Of a stretch of DNA of 64,000 nt, positions 60,680 through 64,000 are shown one piece after another. Under the pieces are notes generated by a model. The model was not told where the DNA came from. It saw only the letters and a list, made by a program, of their open reading frames with translations, and did no database searches. A program made the position numbers and the translations under genes. The stretch covers positions 1 to 64,000 of the forward strand of contig CAWJGT010000029.1 of the NCBI GenBank assembly GCA_963842525.1, written 5' to 3'. Every line of letters starts with the position of its first letter. Position 1 is the first letter of the stretch. The DNA is from an uncultured Holophagales bacterium (lineage in GTDB: Bacteria; Acidobacteriota; Thermoanaerobaculia; Multivoradales; UBA5704).

Positions 60680-61687
60680 ATGAGCGCTTTCGACGGCAAG
60701 AAGATCGCCCTGGTCTTTCCAGGACAGGGCTCCCAGAAGGTGGGCATGGGGCGCGCCTGGGCCGAGCGGTCCGACGAGGCCCGCCGCACCTTCGAAGAGG
60801 CCGACGAGGTCCTCGGCTTCGCGCTCTCCCGGCTCTGCTGGGAGGGGCCCGAGGAGGAGCTCAACCTGACGACCAACACACAGCCGGCGCTGCTGACGGT
60901 CTCCACGGCGATCCACCGTGCTCTGGCTTCCTTTCCCGGACCGGAGGGGCTGCAGTCCCTGGCCCCCCTGGCAATGGCCGGGCACAGCCTGGGCGAGTAC
61001 TCGGCCCTGGTGGCTGCCGGAGCGCTCGGCTTCGCCGACGCCCTGCGGCTCGTCCGCCGGCGCGGCCAGCTCATGCAGGAGGCCGTGCCGGTCGGCGTCG
61101 GGGCCATGGCCGCCGTCATCGCCCTGGATATCGACGCGGTGATGGCCCTCGCCGCGGACGCCACGGACGCTTCCAAGGGAGAGGTCTGCGCCGTGGCGAA
61201 CCTGAACGGCCCCGGCCAGACCGTGCTCGCCGGCCACAAGGCGGCCGTCGACCGCGCCGTGGCCCTGGCCAAGGAGCGGGGCGCGCGCAAGGCGACGCTT
61301 CTCGCCGTCTCCGCGCCCTTCCATTCGCCGCTCATGGCTCCGGCCCGGGAGGGGATGACCGGACCGCTGGCCGAGACCGCGTTCCGCGATCCGCGCGTGC
61401 CGGTGGTCAGCAACGTCGATGCCGCCCCGGTCGCCACCGGCGAGGCGGCCCGCGACGCCCTGGTGCGGCAGATCGACAGCCCGGTGCGCTGGGTCGAGTC
61501 GGTCCTGTGGATGGCGCAGAGCGCCGGCGTCGACACCTTCCTGGAGGTGGGGCCGGGTACGGTCCTCTGCGGCCTCAACCGGCGGATCGCCCCCGGCACC
61601 GTCTCGATCGGCCTCGCCGACCCGGAACAGCTCCGCAAGGTGCTCGATCAGGACGCAGGCGGCGGCAAAGAGGAGAAGGAGGGCTGA
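60680..61687 (+). CDS. fabD: Malonyl CoA-ACP transacylase
   Basis: FPGQGSQ, GHSLGE, VSAPFHS. Confidence 0.97.
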   Translation: MSAFDGKKIALVFPGQGSQKVGMGRAWAERSDEARRTFEEADEVLGFALSRLCWEGPEEELNLTTNTQPALLTVSTAIHRALASFPGPEGLQSLAPLAMAGHSLGEYSALVAAGALGFADALRLVRRRGQLMQEAVPVGVGAMAAVIALDIDAVMALAADATDASKGEVCAVANLNGPGQTVLAGHKAAVDRAVALAKERGARKATLLAVSAPFHSPLMAPAREGMTGPLAETAFRDPRVPVVSNVDAAPVATGEAARDALVRQIDSPVRWVESVLWMAQSAGVDTFLEVGPGTVLCGLNRRIAPGTVSIGLADPEQLRKVLDQDAGGGKEEKEG

Positions 61688-62430
61688 TGTTCCGACTCGA
61701 CGGCAAAACCGCCCTGGTGACGGGCGCTTCGCAGGGGATCGGCGAGGCCGTGGCGCGCCGGCTGGCGATCCAGGGGGCGCGCGTCGTGCTCGCCGCCCGC
61801 AGCGAGGACAAGCTCAAGAGGCTGGCGGCGGAGATCGACGCCGGCGGCGGCTGCGCCCGCCCGCTCACCCTGGACGTCTCCCAGCCGGAGACCTTCGCCG
61901 AGCGCCTGAAGAGCCTGCCCGAGGACTTCGCGGCGGTCGACATCCTGGTCAACAACGCCGGGATTACAGCGGACAACCTGCTCGCCCGCATGTCGTTGGA
62001 GGACTGGGAGCGGGTGCTCCGCACCAACCTGACCGGGGCCTTCGCGCTGAGCAAAGAGGTGGTCCGCGGCATGATGCGGCGGCGTTGGGGCCGGATCGTC
62101 AACGTCTCCTCCGTGGTGGGCATGATGGGCAACGCCGGGCAGGCCAACTACGCCGCCGCCAAGGCCGGGCTCATCGGCTTCGCGAAGTCGCTGGCGCGCG
62201 AGCTCGGCAGCCGTAACATCACGGTCAACGTGGTCGCCCCTGGGTATGTGCAGACCGCCATGACCGACAAGCTGCCCGAGAAGGCGCGGGAAGAGCTGAC
62301 CGGCTCGATCGCCCTGCAGCGCCTCGGCACCGTCGACGACGTCGCGGCGGCAGTCCTCTTCCTCGCCAGCGAGGAGGCGGGCTATATTACCGGTCACGCG
62401 CTCAACGTCTCGGGCGGGCTGTACATCTGA
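61687..62430 (+). CDS. fabG: 3-oxoacyl-ACP reductase
   Basis: TGASQGIG, NNAG, YAAAK. Confidence 0.96.
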   Translation: MFRLDGKTALVTGASQGIGEAVARRLAIQGARVVLAARSEDKLKRLAAEIDAGGGCARPLTLDVSQPETFAERLKSLPEDFAAVDILVNNAGITADNLLARMSLEDWERVLRTNLTGAFALSKEVVRGMMRRRWGRIVNVSSVVGMMGNAGQANYAAAKAGLIGFAKSLARELGSRNITVNVVAPGYVQTAMTDKLPEKAREELTGSIALQRLGTVDDVAAAVLFLASEEAGYITGHALNVSGGLYI

Positions 62431-62508
62431 GCCCCCCTGTGTTAGAACCGCGGTTCGTGCGCCACAGGCGCAGCATCAAATAGAGAACAAGGAGGAGGGA
62501 GCCACCTT

Positions 62509-62751
62509 ATGGCTATTTCGGATCGGGTCAAGAGCATCATCGTGGAGCAGCTCGGCGTCGACGAGGACGAGGTCACCCTGGAGGCCAGCTTCACCGACGA
62601 CCTGGGCGCCGACTCGCTGGACATCGTCGAGTTGGTGATGGCCTTCGAGGAGGAGTTCGGCATCGAGATCCCCGACGAGGAGGCCGAGAAGATCAGCAAC
62701 GTCAAAGAAGCGGTCGACTACATCCAGAACAACGCGGGCGACCAGAACTGA
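62509..62751 (+). CDS. acpP: Acyl carrier protein
   Basis: [12 protein letters not shown]. Confidence 0.98.
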   Translation: MAISDRVKSIIVEQLGVDEDEVTLEASFTDDLGADSLDIVELVMAFEEEFGIEIPDEEAEKISNVKEAVDYIQNNAGDQN

Positions 62752-62808
62752 GCGCCGCCGCGCCCAATCGTCGAATCGTCGAACACCGCAACCGAACCCG
62801 CCAAGATC

Positions 62809-64000
<1,192 letters not shown>

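Overview
High-GC (~70%) bacterial chromosome segment. The ADOP-type permease, DUF4388 and TPR proteins suggest an Acidobacteriota (Thermoanaerobaculia-like) genome; this is inference. Core blocks are recA, moxR-DUF58-transglutaminase, gnd-zwf-pgl, a surface-glycan locus (wcaJ, five GT4s, three GT-C-like membrane proteins) and yceD-rpmF-plsX-fabH-fabD-fabG-acpP-fabF. About 20 kb of accessory DNA (~22.5-42.9 kb) sits between co-oriented GT4 genes of the glycan locus. It carries a minus-strand run that I do not recognise: a secreted peptide with repeated IDP(D/N)G cores, a sigma-region-2-only mini protein, a TPR protein, a coiled-coil protein with an Arg-rich tail, and a 42-bp hairpin tandem array. 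It also carries HipBA, a type ISP-like R-M enzyme, hflKC, an ice-binding protein, and a stress cluster whose promoters share paired GTAG-N3-CTAC boxes. About six toxin-antitoxin-like modules, REP-like palindromes and several gene scars are scattered through the window. Four single-base frameshifts suggest long-read assembly errors. All calls come from reading motifs by eye; no database searches were run.
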